DNA of 63,554 nucleotides, the filler included, from Choristocarpus tenellus KU-1152 (lineage: Eukaryota; Protista; Phaeophyceae), in the NCBI GenBank assembly GCA_964200185.2. It is 9 parts of 9 records of this genome, joined end to end, with 100 filler letters (N's around TTAATTAATTAA, not from the genome) between each part and the next. Parts side by side here need not be neighbours in the genome. Positions count along the whole stretch, not along the records: positions 21,205 to 24,766 come from CAXNAD020019242.1; positions 24,867 to 29,198 come from CAXNAD020015078.1; positions 29,299 to 35,159 come from CAXNAD020009565.1; positions 35,260 to 39,449 come from CAXNAD020015772.1; 5 more parts are not named here. The stretch is one strand, 5' to 3'. The translations under genes and the position numbers were made by a program. Below, piece after piece: positions 24,106-37,239 of this stretch. The notes under the pieces are model-generated. The model was not told where the DNA came from. It did no database searches and saw only the letters and a list, made by a program, of their open reading frames with translations. Position 1 is the stretch's first letter. The number at the start of each line of letters is the position of its first letter.

Positions 24106-24866
24106 GATGGTTGTCGCTGTTGGAAAATAAGTCATATATAGTCTGGACTCTTGGCGCTTGAGAGTCCCGAAGAGGAAATAAGAGTTGTTGGTTAGTCTTC
24201 TCAGTATCTCTGTTATTGCCCTTGTAAAGGTCCTTCTATCGGTGAGGATAGGATAAGTGGTTTAAAAACAACTGAGAAGAAGAGAAGAGGACTGAGGCAA
24301 CAAAAAGAAAGGGGATACCTTTGCTGATCCAAAGATCTGGTGTGTAAATAATTCAAGAGCTCACAAAATTGCAAGTCCGGTTCTAACAGTCATAACAAAC
24401 AATGACGTTGTACAACAGTTTATGATATCATTGTATATATAATTATTCTTGTACTTCCACGTCCAGTCAAACAGACATGAAAAACAATACAGTGGTGACA
24501 TACAAAAATATATTCAATACATTGTATGTATGATTAATGTTGTACTTCAACCTATTCTGCTCTAACCGCTGAGTAGTACAGTAGGTTACCCGATTTTGTT
24601 CACCCATGGGCATGCCCGAAAAATTCGGAACAAAAATTATGTTATACAAAATCGTATTTTGTACCACTTGGTACAAAACCGGGAAATCAATCGTGGAATC
24701 TACTAATTAATCCCGGTGAGCTGGAAATCAATCGTCGAAGCGACTAATTAATCGTGGTGAGAGATCNNNNNNNNNNNNNNNNNNNNNNNNNNNNNNNNNN
24801 NNNNNNNNNNTTAATTAATTAANNNNNNNNNNNNNNNNNNNNNNNNNNNNNNNNNNNNNNNNNNNN

Positions 24867-24954
24867 AACACGATAGCCAAAATTACATCAAAACCGCAAC
24901 ATTGGATTTTGGCCCCAAATGGACACGGCCCTACCCTCTACGATAATTTGGCTC
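24867..24954 (+). mobile_element. MITE family B, 3' fragment
   Basis: Matches the 3' end of 40680-40937. Confidence 0.8.
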
Positions 24955-25850
24955 CACAGCAAACTTTGAGTCCATATTTTTTTTCGTTTAGAGTAGAACA
25001 AAACCATTGGGGTTGGGGGTAAATTGTAGGTGCTGCCCCTTCACTAAGTTACACTTCTAGTCTCTTTGAATCGGCTAAACTGACTATTTTAAATTTTATC
25101 TATTTTATAACGATAACATATACTTCTAGTGAAATCAGTTTATTGCTGTCAGGTTAATCGCAAGTAGCGATTCTCGCAGAACACAGCACTTTGAGGTATA
25201 AGGACACACCACTTGCTTGGAGGCCCTGATGGGGGTGAAAGGGTTTTTGGGGCTACTCACAATAGCTCCATTTTGGTTTACTTTCCCTTTAGAAATGGAT
25301 CGCAGTAACGGGCAAGGGAATGAGGGCCTAACCTGTACTGATGGATTATATTATCATGAAGTGCTCGTCGTGTTATCAACAGGGCACACAGTACACTTTT
25401 TAATACACGAGGAATCAATTCATAATAATTGGAATCCCGATTTCTCAACTGCAAAGAAAATATGGTGATAATTTTCACATACATTCAGTCACAATCAGTG
25501 CCAGTTCAAACTGAAGTATTTTCACTGGTCATTCTGAGGGGAGTACGCCCAATGGATTCAGGAATATGATATGACAGATATATATATATATATATATATA
25601 ATATGTAATCGAAATTACTAGCACCGAGAAGTTTTTTGGAGCTTCTGTTGTTGTGTCAGATCCGCCAGGGTTCACAGAAGGAATAAATAATTCAATACAA
25701 TGAGAACAAACTGCCATTTCGAAATCCAAGTGGCTGTCCCCACTGATCACGATCCCATCGCCATACACAGCTTCAACCCCTCTTGCCAGTGGAGGTTTCC
25801 CTCCATGTTACCCCTGTCAAATACGTTCATACACACCAGCCCACACCTAC

Positions 25851-27927
25851 CGCTTGGACCCCTGAGCAGGCAAGGCTGTTATTGGACAAATATAGTTCCA
25901 CCAGGCAACTGTTGTATGCAAGTGCTTTTCCCAGAGTTACAGCGCTGTCCATTCGTACTGTGTTCCAACTCAGGTCCAACCTAGTCAGAGAGACGTTTGC
26001 CTGCAAGAATTGAAGTGAGTGAATGGGGCAGATAGAGTCATTGAGTAGATGATGAGGTTGTCAGGAAGAGAAGTAGGAGGGACAGATTTCCAGTCACAGG
26101 TTAGTCTCGTTCACTCAACCGCAACTTGGATTCTGAAGAGGATACCATATATAGCAACACGGTCATGATCAAGAGTAGCCCCTGGACAGACGCTTGTGGT
26201 TGAAATCATTATCAAATAACTATGAAAACACCCCTAAGTTGAGGCACCCATTGACTCACGTGTACATGGGATCTTCACTTAGCTTAAATAGTACTATTTT
26301 TTTTCTAGATGTATCTCTATCTCTCAAATTCTGATATGAGCTCTGCTGCTCTCGTGGCAACTACGGAGGATGTTCTGTGGCAAGGACAAAGGAGGAAAAA
26401 AAAAAAGGAAGGCTGTGTCACACTGGTACCTCTAGCATTTCCGCAATGGCTTCGCCCCCAGTAGTGAAATCAGGATTGACGAAGTTGTACGTCTCCTTTT
26501 GACCAATCATGTTGTCGCTGAGATCCAAGGACTCAATGGATAGGTTTCCTGACAATGTCTGTGAAAATTATCGTAAAAAATAGGCGGAAATTGAGAGAAA
26601 AGAGCTTGGTAAAACAAGCAAACTGAAGCCATTGCAGAGAAGAGGAAAGGCCAGTGGGGTACAGGGTGCCAGGGTAATTAATACAAGGCACTCTTGTACA
26701 CTTTGAATATGAAATTCGTTCGAAAATTATTGGTGAGAAATCAGCACCAGGGGGTAGTAATGGGGGTTACAAAAATGAGATGAGATGTTAGTGCTGACCA
26801 CAAGGTACTATGTCTTGTTTCATTCCTGCATGGAAACCAAGAGATTGGGGCAAATAGTATCCTAAAGGTGATTTCACATGTACAAGGTACACTACTATGT
26901 TTTGTTTCATTCCTGAATGGAAACCAAGAGACTGGGGCAAATAGTATCCTAAAGGCGATTTCACGTGTCCAATCAGGCCTCTGTGACCCTGTAGTGATAT
27001 TCTTGTAAGGGCAATTTCCTTTGATCTGGATACACCTTCCTTCTCCACCCTCCTGCCTGGAACCAAGTCCAGAGGAAAATCACCCGCAAAATGGGTATCT
27101 AACTGGGACTTAAAAAAAATAACCCATCAATTTTCAGATGGATTACCTGGTGTAAACCTCCCCAGAGTCTTGAATGTTTTGGATCTTGTTCTGAGCACAA
27201 CGACACATTATCTACAGGGGCAAAGGATAAAATGAAGTAACCACACAGTGACACCATATTGTGATGTCCCAAATAATCCATTTTTCCTACATTGGGGTAC
27301 AGTTAAAAACAACATTATGTATACCCAGCGTACATAGTTGATAAAGGCATCAAGGGATTTTTGTCCCTTGCTCTCCACCCTCCTGGCAGAGATAATTGCT
27401 CAGGGAATGTATACCCAGGAGACTATGGATGCTTGAGTAGCACAATTTGGGAATTTGGAACATGGCTTCGACTGGCTAAACTAGAAAGGGGGTTGGGTGT
27501 TGGTAGAGGATATGTACAAGGCATGACTTCAATCCACAATCTCTTATTCAACTGAAGGAAAAATAAAGTAGAGCTTTTGAGGGTGGACACAACTCTGACA
27601 TGCACAGTCTTGACTCACAAAGCGATTCAAAAAGCATACGGAAGAAAATGGGAGTACGATCTGCTCTTTGATTAGTACAGATGTAATGTGCCAATTGTAA
27701 TGCTCTGGAAAGAAGCAGTAAAATCTTTAGAGTACAACAGTTGGGCATGCTCTTTTCATGGCTGCAGTCAATTCAAACAAACAAGCGACACACAAGACAC
27801 ACAAGACACACACACACACACACACACACACGAACAATGATGCAATGTGAAACAAACCTCCATCAAGGCTGTGCACTCTGTATCATCGATGTCTGCATTG
27901 GACAGAGCAAGTGACTTCAGGGTACAC
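25851..27927 (-). CDS. Ribonuclease-inhibitor-type leucine-rich repeat protein, internal exons
   Basis: Exons 27927-27858 (CTLKSLALSNADIDDTECTALME), 26558-26430 (TLSGNLSIESLDLSDNMIG...FTTGGEAIAEMLE) and 26000-25851 (ANVSLTRLDLSWNTVRMDSAVTLGKALAYNSCLVELYLSNNSL); GT-AG, phase-0 joins. Confidence 0.85.
26801..26971 (+). repeat. Tandem duplication of about 85 bp inside an intron
   Basis: ttgtttcattcctg.atggaaaccaagaga.tggggcaaatagtatcctaaagg.gatttcac occurs twice. Confidence 0.9.
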
Positions 27928-29928
27928 CTGGACAAGCACGACGTAGACACAGAAATATCCAGTGTTGATATTGAGTGCAATTGGCAAAGTGACAAAAATA
28001 GAGTGTACGTAACATCAACAGGAAGAGGCCACAGGCTGTTCCTGGTGAGGTCGATTTGGTGGATGGTGAACTATACAGAGTTCTGGAAAAAACAGTGGTG
28101 TGTTTGTTTTTGCCATAAAAATGATGTTAGTTATGCCGCCTAATATGTTCTATATTTTAAGACCAGCACTTATCTCCTTGCCCTCTGTCTCAATTCAACC
28201 TCTTGTCTCAACTTCCATCTGCAATCTGACTCCCAGGTCTACAAGTTCCAGTCATGATCCTCCTCTATCATCGCCAATCCTGCCTTGTTCGACCTCTGAC
28301 CAAGACAACCCTCATCTGCGGCCCCAATCTATTTACAACCTTAACGCCCAAGTCAAAGCAGTAAAAGACACATCGTGGAAAAAATATATATATATTGTAG
28401 CAAAACCTTCTACCCCTACTATATCGCTTCTACGGATGATTTTAGCACGCAATACTCATTACGTCCCTATCTTGACCAACTCCAACACTCAGCCTCAAAT
28501 AAATTGTACCTGTTACGCTATGGTAGTTGGTGATTACCCTTGTGTCATACCAACGTATGGGGCATAGAGGATATGATATGAAATGCTATAGTTGGACAAT
28601 CAGAAATGCCTAAATTTGACATTGCACCAACACCCTTAACAATAGCACAAATCCATACTGTATGCATTATGCCCTAACCCTCTCAACGTTTGCCCAATTC
28701 CCTTTTGCTCTTTCGCATAAATAGTTTCACCATAAATATGCATATCATGAAACATCTGAGCACCACAGTCTCAGCCTCTCTCCCCACTACCCCCTTATCC
28801 CAAAGAGAACTAACCTGCCAGAGGCAATATACTCCCGCAAAGCCAATGTACTGCTGTCAATCTTGTTGCTTGACAGGTCAAGTTCAGTAAGACCACCCAT
28901 CCTTATCGCAGCTGCGACTATGCTGCCCTATCCCTCCGCAGTTTGTCCACCAATTGATTGAATACAAGCACATGGACAGGCAGAGTTGTGATATAGACCA
29001 CATTGGGTAGGGGAGAACGTTAGCAGAAATCCCATGGGTCTGATTTGTGGTCTTAGTGTATGTGATACGTAATATAACATTGATGTTGCTGTCACAACAG
29101 ACAGACAAGAGAGTATGTGGTAATTGTAAGATAGGGGCACGAAAAACGAACGCATTTTGCACAGAGGTGGCTCAAAGTATCTTTGGGGGAGGGGAAGGNN
29201 NNNNNNNNNNNNNNNNNNNNNNNNNNNNNNNNNNNNNNNNNNTTAATTAATTAANNNNNNNNNNNNNNNNNNNNNNNNNNNNNNNNNNNNNNNNNNNNAA
29301 TATAAGTACCCTTTTTTCTGGTTATGACCCAAATGGACACCCTGGTGTAGACCCCCCCCCCCCCCCCCCAGGTACTTTGGGTCATTGGTAGTATGAGACT
29401 AATCTTTCCGTGCATAGTATGTGTAAATAGGAAGTATTGCACATATGATGTGAACGACTTTCTCCCATTTCTATGTTGGTAGCCCTTGCAAAGGGCACAG
29501 TGTTGTTGTGAGTTCAGTAGAGACACAGCAATGGTGTGTCAACATATCCATAACTTCAAAAGGCACAATGTGAAATGAAGCAAACAATCAATCAATGACT
29601 GCTCTGGAATGTGAGTGCATGATACTGTGAAAATACTATCATGACTTCACACTAGCAAGGAGATCATACTGAACACCCCAGTACAATGTGCTGGACATAT
29701 GCATTGGAAAATTCTTTATAGGAGAAGGAAGTGAAGACCAACCAAACGATTTAGGCAGCAGGTTTCACCATATTACTATATTTGATTTCTTATGAGGGGG
29801 CGTTTCACCAGCACTGCATGGTTAGTTATCATCGTATATCATGCCTGTTAACCATCCTCAGGGTCAGAAAAGATCAAGATAAATAGATTCATTCATTCTT
29901 GTCTGCCATTGGTCAGATTCCTACCTTT

Positions 29929-30185
29929 GAGTCAAGGTATCTTAGAGGGTAGAGCCGTGCTCATTTGGGGGCCAAAATCTAAAGTTGCGATTTAGATATA
30001 ATTTGGCTATCATGTTTGTTAGGAAGTGTCAATATCCATGTTTCGGACACACCTTTCATAACATACACACTTTCCCTACTCCTAAATTTTTGGAGTAGGA
30101 CAATGTCATAAAAGAACCCATGGGAAGCCAAGCCCCCAAATGGACAAACAGGGCAAAACTTGTACCCTCTAAGATACGTTGACTC
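29929..30185 (-). mobile_element. MITE family B, inverted copy
   Basis: Ends gagtcaaggtatcttagaggg / ccctctaagatacgttgactc. Confidence 0.85.
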
Positions 30186-30202
30186 TTTGGGCAACCCAAC
30201 AG

Positions 30203-30268
30203 CTTGCTTACTACTTTTACTACTAATATCTTGCTTACTACTTTTACTACTAATATCTTGCTTACTAC
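30203..30268 (+). repeat. 27-bp tandem repeat, about 2.4 copies
   Basis: cttgcttactacttttactactaatat repeated. Confidence 0.9.
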
Positions 30269-30811
30269 TCGTTAATTTTGAAAACGAAATTCAAGGGGGC
30301 AGACAGACCGGTCTTGGTTCTGAGATGTTTGATCTAGAGCAAGGTATCAAAGCAAGCTATTATCAGGACTGTTCAAATTCTCAATCAATCACAAGTACGT
30401 ACATTATTGATAATAAAAAAGAAGACTTCATGTGGCATAGACCTGTTGGTGAGAGGAAGCAAACGCCTCCCTCAAATATGGGCATATTTCCTCCCTGAAG
30501 ACACCCGCAGATCGTTAGTTTGTGTTCAAAGAGCATAAGTCAGTCACTTCCAACATAGAACCAATCGCATTAGTCAGTCTGTCAAGTATGTTTTACTTCT
30601 CCCTGCATTTAATATTTGAAACCAAGGATGTCTATACATGCAATTCTATTCCCAGATGAGGTGGAACTGCGATATTCTACCTACTCTTGAACATAGATTT
30701 TCCAAAAAAGAATAGTCTCCACAGAACATTTTATGTCAGAATATATACGTAAGTCGGTCCTTGTCACTGAGGATCAAGTTCCTTGCAGTGTGTATATATT
30801 ATTGATAGTCT

Positions 30812-30998
30812 GACTCAAAGTATCTGGGGAGGGGTGGAGGCTGTCCATTTGGGTCAATTTTTTTATGTTTTAACTTTTGGGTGATTTGATTGGATACATC
30901 GGACAAATAACGGAATATAACGTAAATGCACTTCATACTGATCAGGGCCTGAATCGACGCCCTAGTGTAGACCCCCCCCTCCCCAGATATTTTCAGCC
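30812..30998 (+). mobile_element. MITE family C (~187 bp, G-run/C-run subterminal TIR)
   Basis: Ends gactcaaagtatctgggg / ccccagatattttcagcc. Other copies at ~21781-21955 and ~57847-58030, with halves at contig ends 29169, 29299-29382, 35141, 35260-35357, 39367, 39550-39620, 60595 and 63500. Confidence 0.75.
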
Positions 30999-31073
30999 TC
31001 TGGTGCTATAGCTAGGACATATATGTGCACAATTGCACACAAAGACTACAGCATAAACACAATGTGTACTCAC

Positions 31074-34000
31074 CCTTGACTCCATGACCTTTAGCTCTTG
31101 AAGCATGGCCTGTTTACTCTCCACGACAGGAGAAAGTGCAATCGCCATTCTCACCAGCAGGCCATCGTTCCGCCTCAATGCCAGGGACCTTGAGAGTCAA
31201 AGTTGGTATCAAGTTTCTTGATCGGAGGTCGGTTTCAATTTTTTCAAAATAAAAAAAATAGGATCTGTGAGAAGAAAAAAAATAAAACGTTTTTTCACCC
31301 AAGATCAACGGATATATGTATTATTAAAATAAAAATAGGAGTTTGAGGACACCAACTGAAAAAAAAAATAGCACTCCTACCTTTGGAACAGCCAGAACGT
31401 TATCATTACAGAAAGAGCACAGCATAACGAGTGAAAGTATCTTAGAGGGTACGAGTTTTGCTCTGTTTGTCCATTTGGGACTTGGCTTCCCATGGGTTTT
31501 AATGTATCATTTTCCTACTCCAAAATGTTTCTGAGTAGGTAAAAGGTATACCTTATGAAAAGGTGTGTCGGGGACAAGGATATTGAAACTTAACCCTAAC
31601 CCTAACAAACACGATAGCCAAAATTACGTCAAAATCGCAAAATTGGATTTTGGCCCCAACTGGACGCGGCCCTACCCTCTAAGATACTTTGGCTCTAATT
31701 ACAATGGTATCAACGATGTCGTTGATAACATTAACAATACCAATAAAAATAATAAAGAGGAATAATTATAACAATAATAACATTTATTTGACACATCTTG
31801 GAACAATAATTAGTAAAAGGCTTACATCCGAGAAAATAGAACATTTTTCGTTTATTATTCCTCAAAATCATTGCAACCATGTGGAGAGTACCTGATATAG
31901 TAGTCTCTAGCTCGAGGAAGATCTCCCTCCTCCTGCCAGTGGACACCAAGATTTACCATGACATCGATATTATCAGGGTCCATTGACAAAGCTTTCTCCA
32001 GGTATCCAAGACCCTCTGTATGCTCACCAAGGGACATCAAGGCCGCACCAAGATTATTCTGAACCACGACATTTTTTGGAGACCAACTGGACAAGTCACC
32101 AAGGTTAGGGTTAGGGATAGGGTTAAGGGTACCAAGGTGTAACAGAGGGATTGATGGAAATTGATCCGCCAGACAAGAACATATATATAAATAATATAAA
32201 TATATATATATAATATATAAATGTTATTGATCACACCCCACAGAGATAGAAAGAAAATAAGCCATGACATTGCTGGGCAAACTTTTATAAGCATAGACTA
32301 AAAAAGTGACTCAGCGAGGTGATCAACATTGAGGGAACTAAGCAAAAATTGTACTCAAAGTGAGTCAAATCGTACTCAAAGTGAGTCAAATTGTACTTAA
32401 AGTGAGTCAAATCGTACTCAAAGTGAGTCAAATTGTACTTATTGGAGAGGTGCGAGTGTAAGTATCTTAGGGTTAGGGTACGAGTTTTGCCCTGTTTGTC
32501 CATTTGGGACTTGGCTTCCCATGGGTTTTCTTATGACAATTTCCTACTCCAAAATGTTTAGGAGTAGGTAAAATGTGTATGTTATGAAGAGGTATGTCCA
32601 GGACAAGGATACTGACACTTAACCCTAACCCTAACAAACACGATAACCAAAATTACACCAAAATCACAACATTGGATTTTGCCCCCCAAATGACTCTATA
32701 TATATGTTGGGTTTTTTTCATTTGTATGACAAGCTACAATACACCAAGGAAATAGACTGGATGAGGTACTGAGTCAAGAAGATGCAACTACTGCTTTCTA
32801 GTCTACCCTAACCTTAACCCCTCATTCCTGATGCCACCGTCCTATCAATTCAAGTGGTGCTATGACCGTTACACACTAGGTTTGGTCGCAAACCCCCTGC
32901 CCCTCACTCTTGGCATCCAAATTCTGAGTAAGAGCAGATTCTAGGACACCTACCTGAGAATTTGTCTGTACCACTCCACGGCACCTTCAACATTGCCCAC
33001 TTCCTGCTTCAATGCCGCCAGGTTTGTCATAGCATGGAGGGTGTGTGCACTCCCCAAAGTTCCTGCCCTCAGGACAGACCACTCGCTTGAGTTGAGGTGT
33101 TTCTCATCTGATGATGATCCAGTGTCCTCAGGCTCTTGTTGACTTTCCATTGTCAGGACCTGTGCTTGTTTGTTGTGGAGCAGGAAGTTAGGAGGAGAGA
33201 ACTGGCTGTTGTTTAGGATATTTGGCAACATCCATCTAATTCCAAGGGAGATACATTGAAATGTATAGGATAAGAAATATATCGGTTTTCTGTATAATGG
33301 GGCAACTGCTTCAGGAAGCAGGATATACGCAGGACCTGTACTCTTGGGGTTGGTCCTAGGGCAAGGCTTGTTTGCACAGACAGTTGCGGATGATGTCTCC
33401 CACGAAAGGTGCCTTAGGTTGTGCATGTTTGGAAGAACAAGCTGGAAGCAGGTTTGCATTTGTGTCCTGGGAGTATCCTCGCCTTGAGGGGGAAACATCT
33501 ATTGAGTCATTCCAAGGATATTACAAAAAGCTGCAAAGAGTGTTTCAAAGTCAGAGATATGGATTGCTGAAGATGTTGAGATCCCACTACACAACAGTTG
33601 CAGTTGTGTCTCAATACTAACCCTTACCTGTATGTTAGGAACAAGCATGACTGGAAAATCCTCAAATAATCCCTATTTACTCCTTCACCTTTGTAATGTC
33701 TATGGTGTAGTGTGGCACTGAAATGATCTAGGCAATCAGAAACATTTAGTCTAATAAGGGCTCTCTATCAGAACTAGTACCAGAAGTGAGTGAGTGAATT
33801 GGTACTCTTGTGATACACTTCATGGAACAAGTGATTAGAACTGAGTCAAAGCATCTAAAAGAGTAGGAGTTTTGTTCTGTTTGTCCCTTCAGGGCTTGGC
33901 TTCCCACGGGTTTTTAATGCCCTTTTTCGGTTTTCTGTGTGAACACAGTTGCCTAAAATGTATACAACTATGAATGTTGTGTCGGAAACAAGGTCATTGA

Positions 34001-34494
34001 CACTTCATAACAAACACAATAGCCAAAACTTTTCAAAATCTCAATATTGGGTTTTGGACCCCGAACGGATGAGGCCCTACCCTCTTAAATGCTTTGACTC
34101 AACTCTAGACAAGCAAACTGATGGGACTTGCTGCAACTCAGGTCAATAGTACAAACAATGAGTTCTGCATACATGCTCTTTTTTGTACATACTAAATATA
34201 TTCTATTAGATCTCACCATGCACTAGAGATTCAACCAAAGATTCAAATCTTGGAGAATGAAAAGACAATGAAATATCATCTGTGTGCCACTTGAGGCAAT
34301 ATGATTGGCCCACCCTGCAACCTCGCTGCTTTTGCCCAATCACGTTTATATCAAACCCTACCTATGTAAAACAACTTTTTCATGGTAACGCACACCTTTA
34401 GGTAGCCCTCTCTGGCCTTATCCCGGTGCCCCAATTGATGCTGAGCCACTGCCACCTCCAGAGCAACAAAGGAGTCCTTAGCATCAAGCTCCGC
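31074..34494 (-). CDS. TPR-repeat protein, internal exons (possibly SPINDLY/GT41-like)
   Basis: Exons 34494-34396, 33159-32954, 32086-31892 and 31188-31074 splice in frame. TPR consensus in AMTNLAALKQEVGNVEGAVEWYRQIL and VQNNLGAALMSLGEHTEGLGYLEKALSMDPDNIDVMVNLG. The GT41 domain itself is not seen. Confidence 0.8.
31429..31695 (+). mobile_element. MITE family B with an internal CCCTAA insertion
   Basis: Full TIRs; flanks taac / taat. Confidence 0.85.
32346..32440 (+). repeat. 21-bp tandem repeat, about 4.5 copies
   Basis: aaat(t/c)gtact(c/t)aaagtgagtc repeated. Confidence 0.9.
32454..32697 (+). mobile_element. MITE family B, 3'-truncated, with two telomeric-repeat insertions
   Basis: Aligns to the other B copies except for ttagggttaggg at 32467 and aaccctaaccctaac at ~32621. 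Confidence 0.85.
33843..34100 (+). mobile_element. MITE family B with a perfect 4-bp TSD (AACT)
   Basis: aact|gagtcaaagcat...atgctttgactc|aact. Confidence 0.9.
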
Positions 34495-36461
34495 CTGGGG
34501 ATGAAGCAGGGAGGAAGGGTATCGAGATATAGCGGACAGATGATCTGAAAGGGTTAGGGTTAGGGTGAAATCAATTGACTCAGTGTGATTGTGAAAAGCT
34601 GTGTGGCTTGTAAGCATGTCACCCTTCTCAACAGTTACATAAACACTTTTGGCAAAGCAAAGCAAAGCAAAGCAAAGCAAAGCAGAGTGCGACTTGCGTT
34701 CCCATATCGGTTTCACCTCAGAAAGCACACACGTTTTCTCCAAGGAGAGTCAAACCAAGAAAAAATTCCCAAGCACTGGCTGGCATGCTGATTGACCACC
34801 TGCCTGTATGTCGTTGGTATCACACATAAGCCTGTACAAAGGAAAACAGCGTGCACGCAAAAAGAGCACAGCTTTCCCAACTAACCATACTAGTGCAGGT
34901 TGGAAGAGTGCCTGAAAAAAATAGTCATGACTATTTGCACCGATTGCTTCTCATAGCACCTGCAGTTATCTATCACATCAGCAGCCATATTCTGGGTCAA
35001 AATGGGGTGCAACACTACCATCTCTGTCTGACCTCCATTATCCTTCACAACGGTATTACTATCAATTGTGGAATCATTTCAAACACTACAAGCCTCCAAA
35101 GTTATTACTGCGACCATTTGCATCATACACAGCCATGTCAGGCTCAAAGTATCTGGGGGNNNNNNNNNNNNNNNNNNNNNNNNNNNNNNNNNNNNNNNNN
35201 NNNTTAATTAATTAANNNNNNNNNNNNNNNNNNNNNNNNNNNNNNNNNNNNNNNNNNNNGCGTCAGATGGACAATGAAAGTGCACTTTTCCTGGTTTTGG
35301 ACCAAATGGGCACTCTGGTGTAGACCCCCCCCCCCCTCGCCCAGATATTTTGGGTCCTTCAACAACTCGAAGACAAGAGTTCGGAACTCAGAGATTGATA
35401 ATGAAAGGGGGTGGGGAGTCATGTGGGTAGGGGTAGGGTTAGTTGTTGTATCGGTGTTCCAAACTGGCGGTTTGCAGTGATAATGTATCTCATATATTTC
35501 TGTGCGACATGGTCTGCGTTAGTTAGTGAGTTAAGGAGATTTCAAGAACAATGGAATGTTCCTATTACAACAGAGTGTTCAAGTGAGATAATCTCTAATG
35601 CCCTTGCTTGGATTTTTTGAAGTGGGTAAGATGAGACAAACCATCATGTTATCATTCACTTTGATGCCCGCCAGTATCATCAACCGACCAAAGCATGTTG
35701 ATTTCAATATCCAATATATCTCTGGTGATCGCCCACTCAACAAGAATCAAACTATTTCATTCTGAATTTTATAGTTCAACAAAGAATCTACTAAAACATT
35801 TATTCTACCAATAGAACTGAGTCATAGAGACACTCAAGTGTGTTGGGCACTTAACGGCAACCCATTGGATATAGAATAAAATCCACCCCTACCCCCCACC
35901 CCCTAACCACAACCCCCAAATACAAACAAGTGTTGCAACTTCTTGACTGCTCCTTAAATGTCTGTATCGAAATGTAAAGCGTTTAGCGTCATTATTCCAT
36001 TAGCAAGTTTGCGGGTCGACGGTACAATGATGGTTTTGAACGAGAGGTGCAAGCATTCTGGAAGAGCAATCGCTTGAGCCTCCCTTCCCCCACCGTGGGT
36101 CACTTTACGTGCGGACTGTCGAGCTCCTTTCATATGGAGTACACTTTCAATGAGGCATTCTATACCGTCCTGGGCACCCATTGTTTCCCTCCAGAAACAG
36201 CGTGTACTAAGAGCCTTGAGGGCACCGCATGCATACACATTGACCGATTTCCTCGCTGTCAGAGTGGTAAATATGTTGCGGAATATCAAATGTGGTAGAA
36301 AGTTCGACTTTCACAACGTAACTAGGTGATATGATAGCTCTGAAGCCATTCACTGTTCCAGCGACTGTTTGCGCACTAGTGAGAGATACAAACAAATGAC
36401 CCTCTTGAGCACTTGTTTTTCATGTTAAAACCAAAACGAAAAGGCGGCAATCGAAGCATCC

Positions 36462-36717
36462 GAGTGAAAGTATCTTAGAGTGTATGCGTTTTGCCCTGTT
36501 TGTCCATTGGGGCTTGACTTCCATGGAGTATTTGTATGACATCTCGTACTCCAGATTGGTTCGGAGTAGGAAAATTTGTATGTCATGAAAAGGTGCGTCC
36601 GGAACAAGGATATTTACACTTCATAACAAACAGGACAGCCAAAATTATATCAAAATTGCAATGTTAGATTTTATCCCCTAAATGGACGCGACTCTACCCT
36701 CTAAGATACTTTGGCTC
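36462..36717 (+). mobile_element. MITE family B
   Basis: Full TIRs; flanks atcc / accc. Confidence 0.85.
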
Positions 36718-37239
36718 ACCCTCGTATCCAATGTTTGGTCTAAATTTCTAGAGTAGGAGCAAGGAGTGGAGTAAGGGAAATTGATTTGGTGAGTCTTGTC
36801 CTCGCCTTGATTGTGGTAGCCAGTCCTCTGAGGAAGGCCAGGTGATGCAAGTACACCAGGAATACATGTGTCTTGGTTGCCTCGCTCTCTTCCCTGTCCA
36901 GGTTGGGTTATGGTTACAAGAAGGAAGAGGAAGAGACATGTAAGGAGGTGGATAGTATTGTGTTAAGCCTGAAGGGGTAACGGTACGGCACCACAGAAAA
37001 TGCTCGATCCATTCTCAGGTATCCCTTAGTCAAGAGCCTTTTGTCTTGAAGACCCTTGTTAGTGGTAGCTCAGTGTGCGGCCGACATACTGGTGGGCCTT
37101 CCCTGTTCGAAGTTGAGCAAGTGTTGAGAATATTGGGTATAACAAGAAAAACAGTAGGCTTCTGCTGTTGCAACGCTGGCCATGTTTCATATTTTGTCAA
37201 CTTTCTCTACAAACCTGTTTGTGGGATGTTTGTTCCTAT

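Noticed and set aside
29169-29382. Family-C halves on both sides of gaps (also 35141-35357 and 39367-39620), suggesting true adjacency
   Set aside because: Outer flanks show no matching TSD, and the genes on either side do not continue; explained by contigs breaking in the same high-copy repeat.
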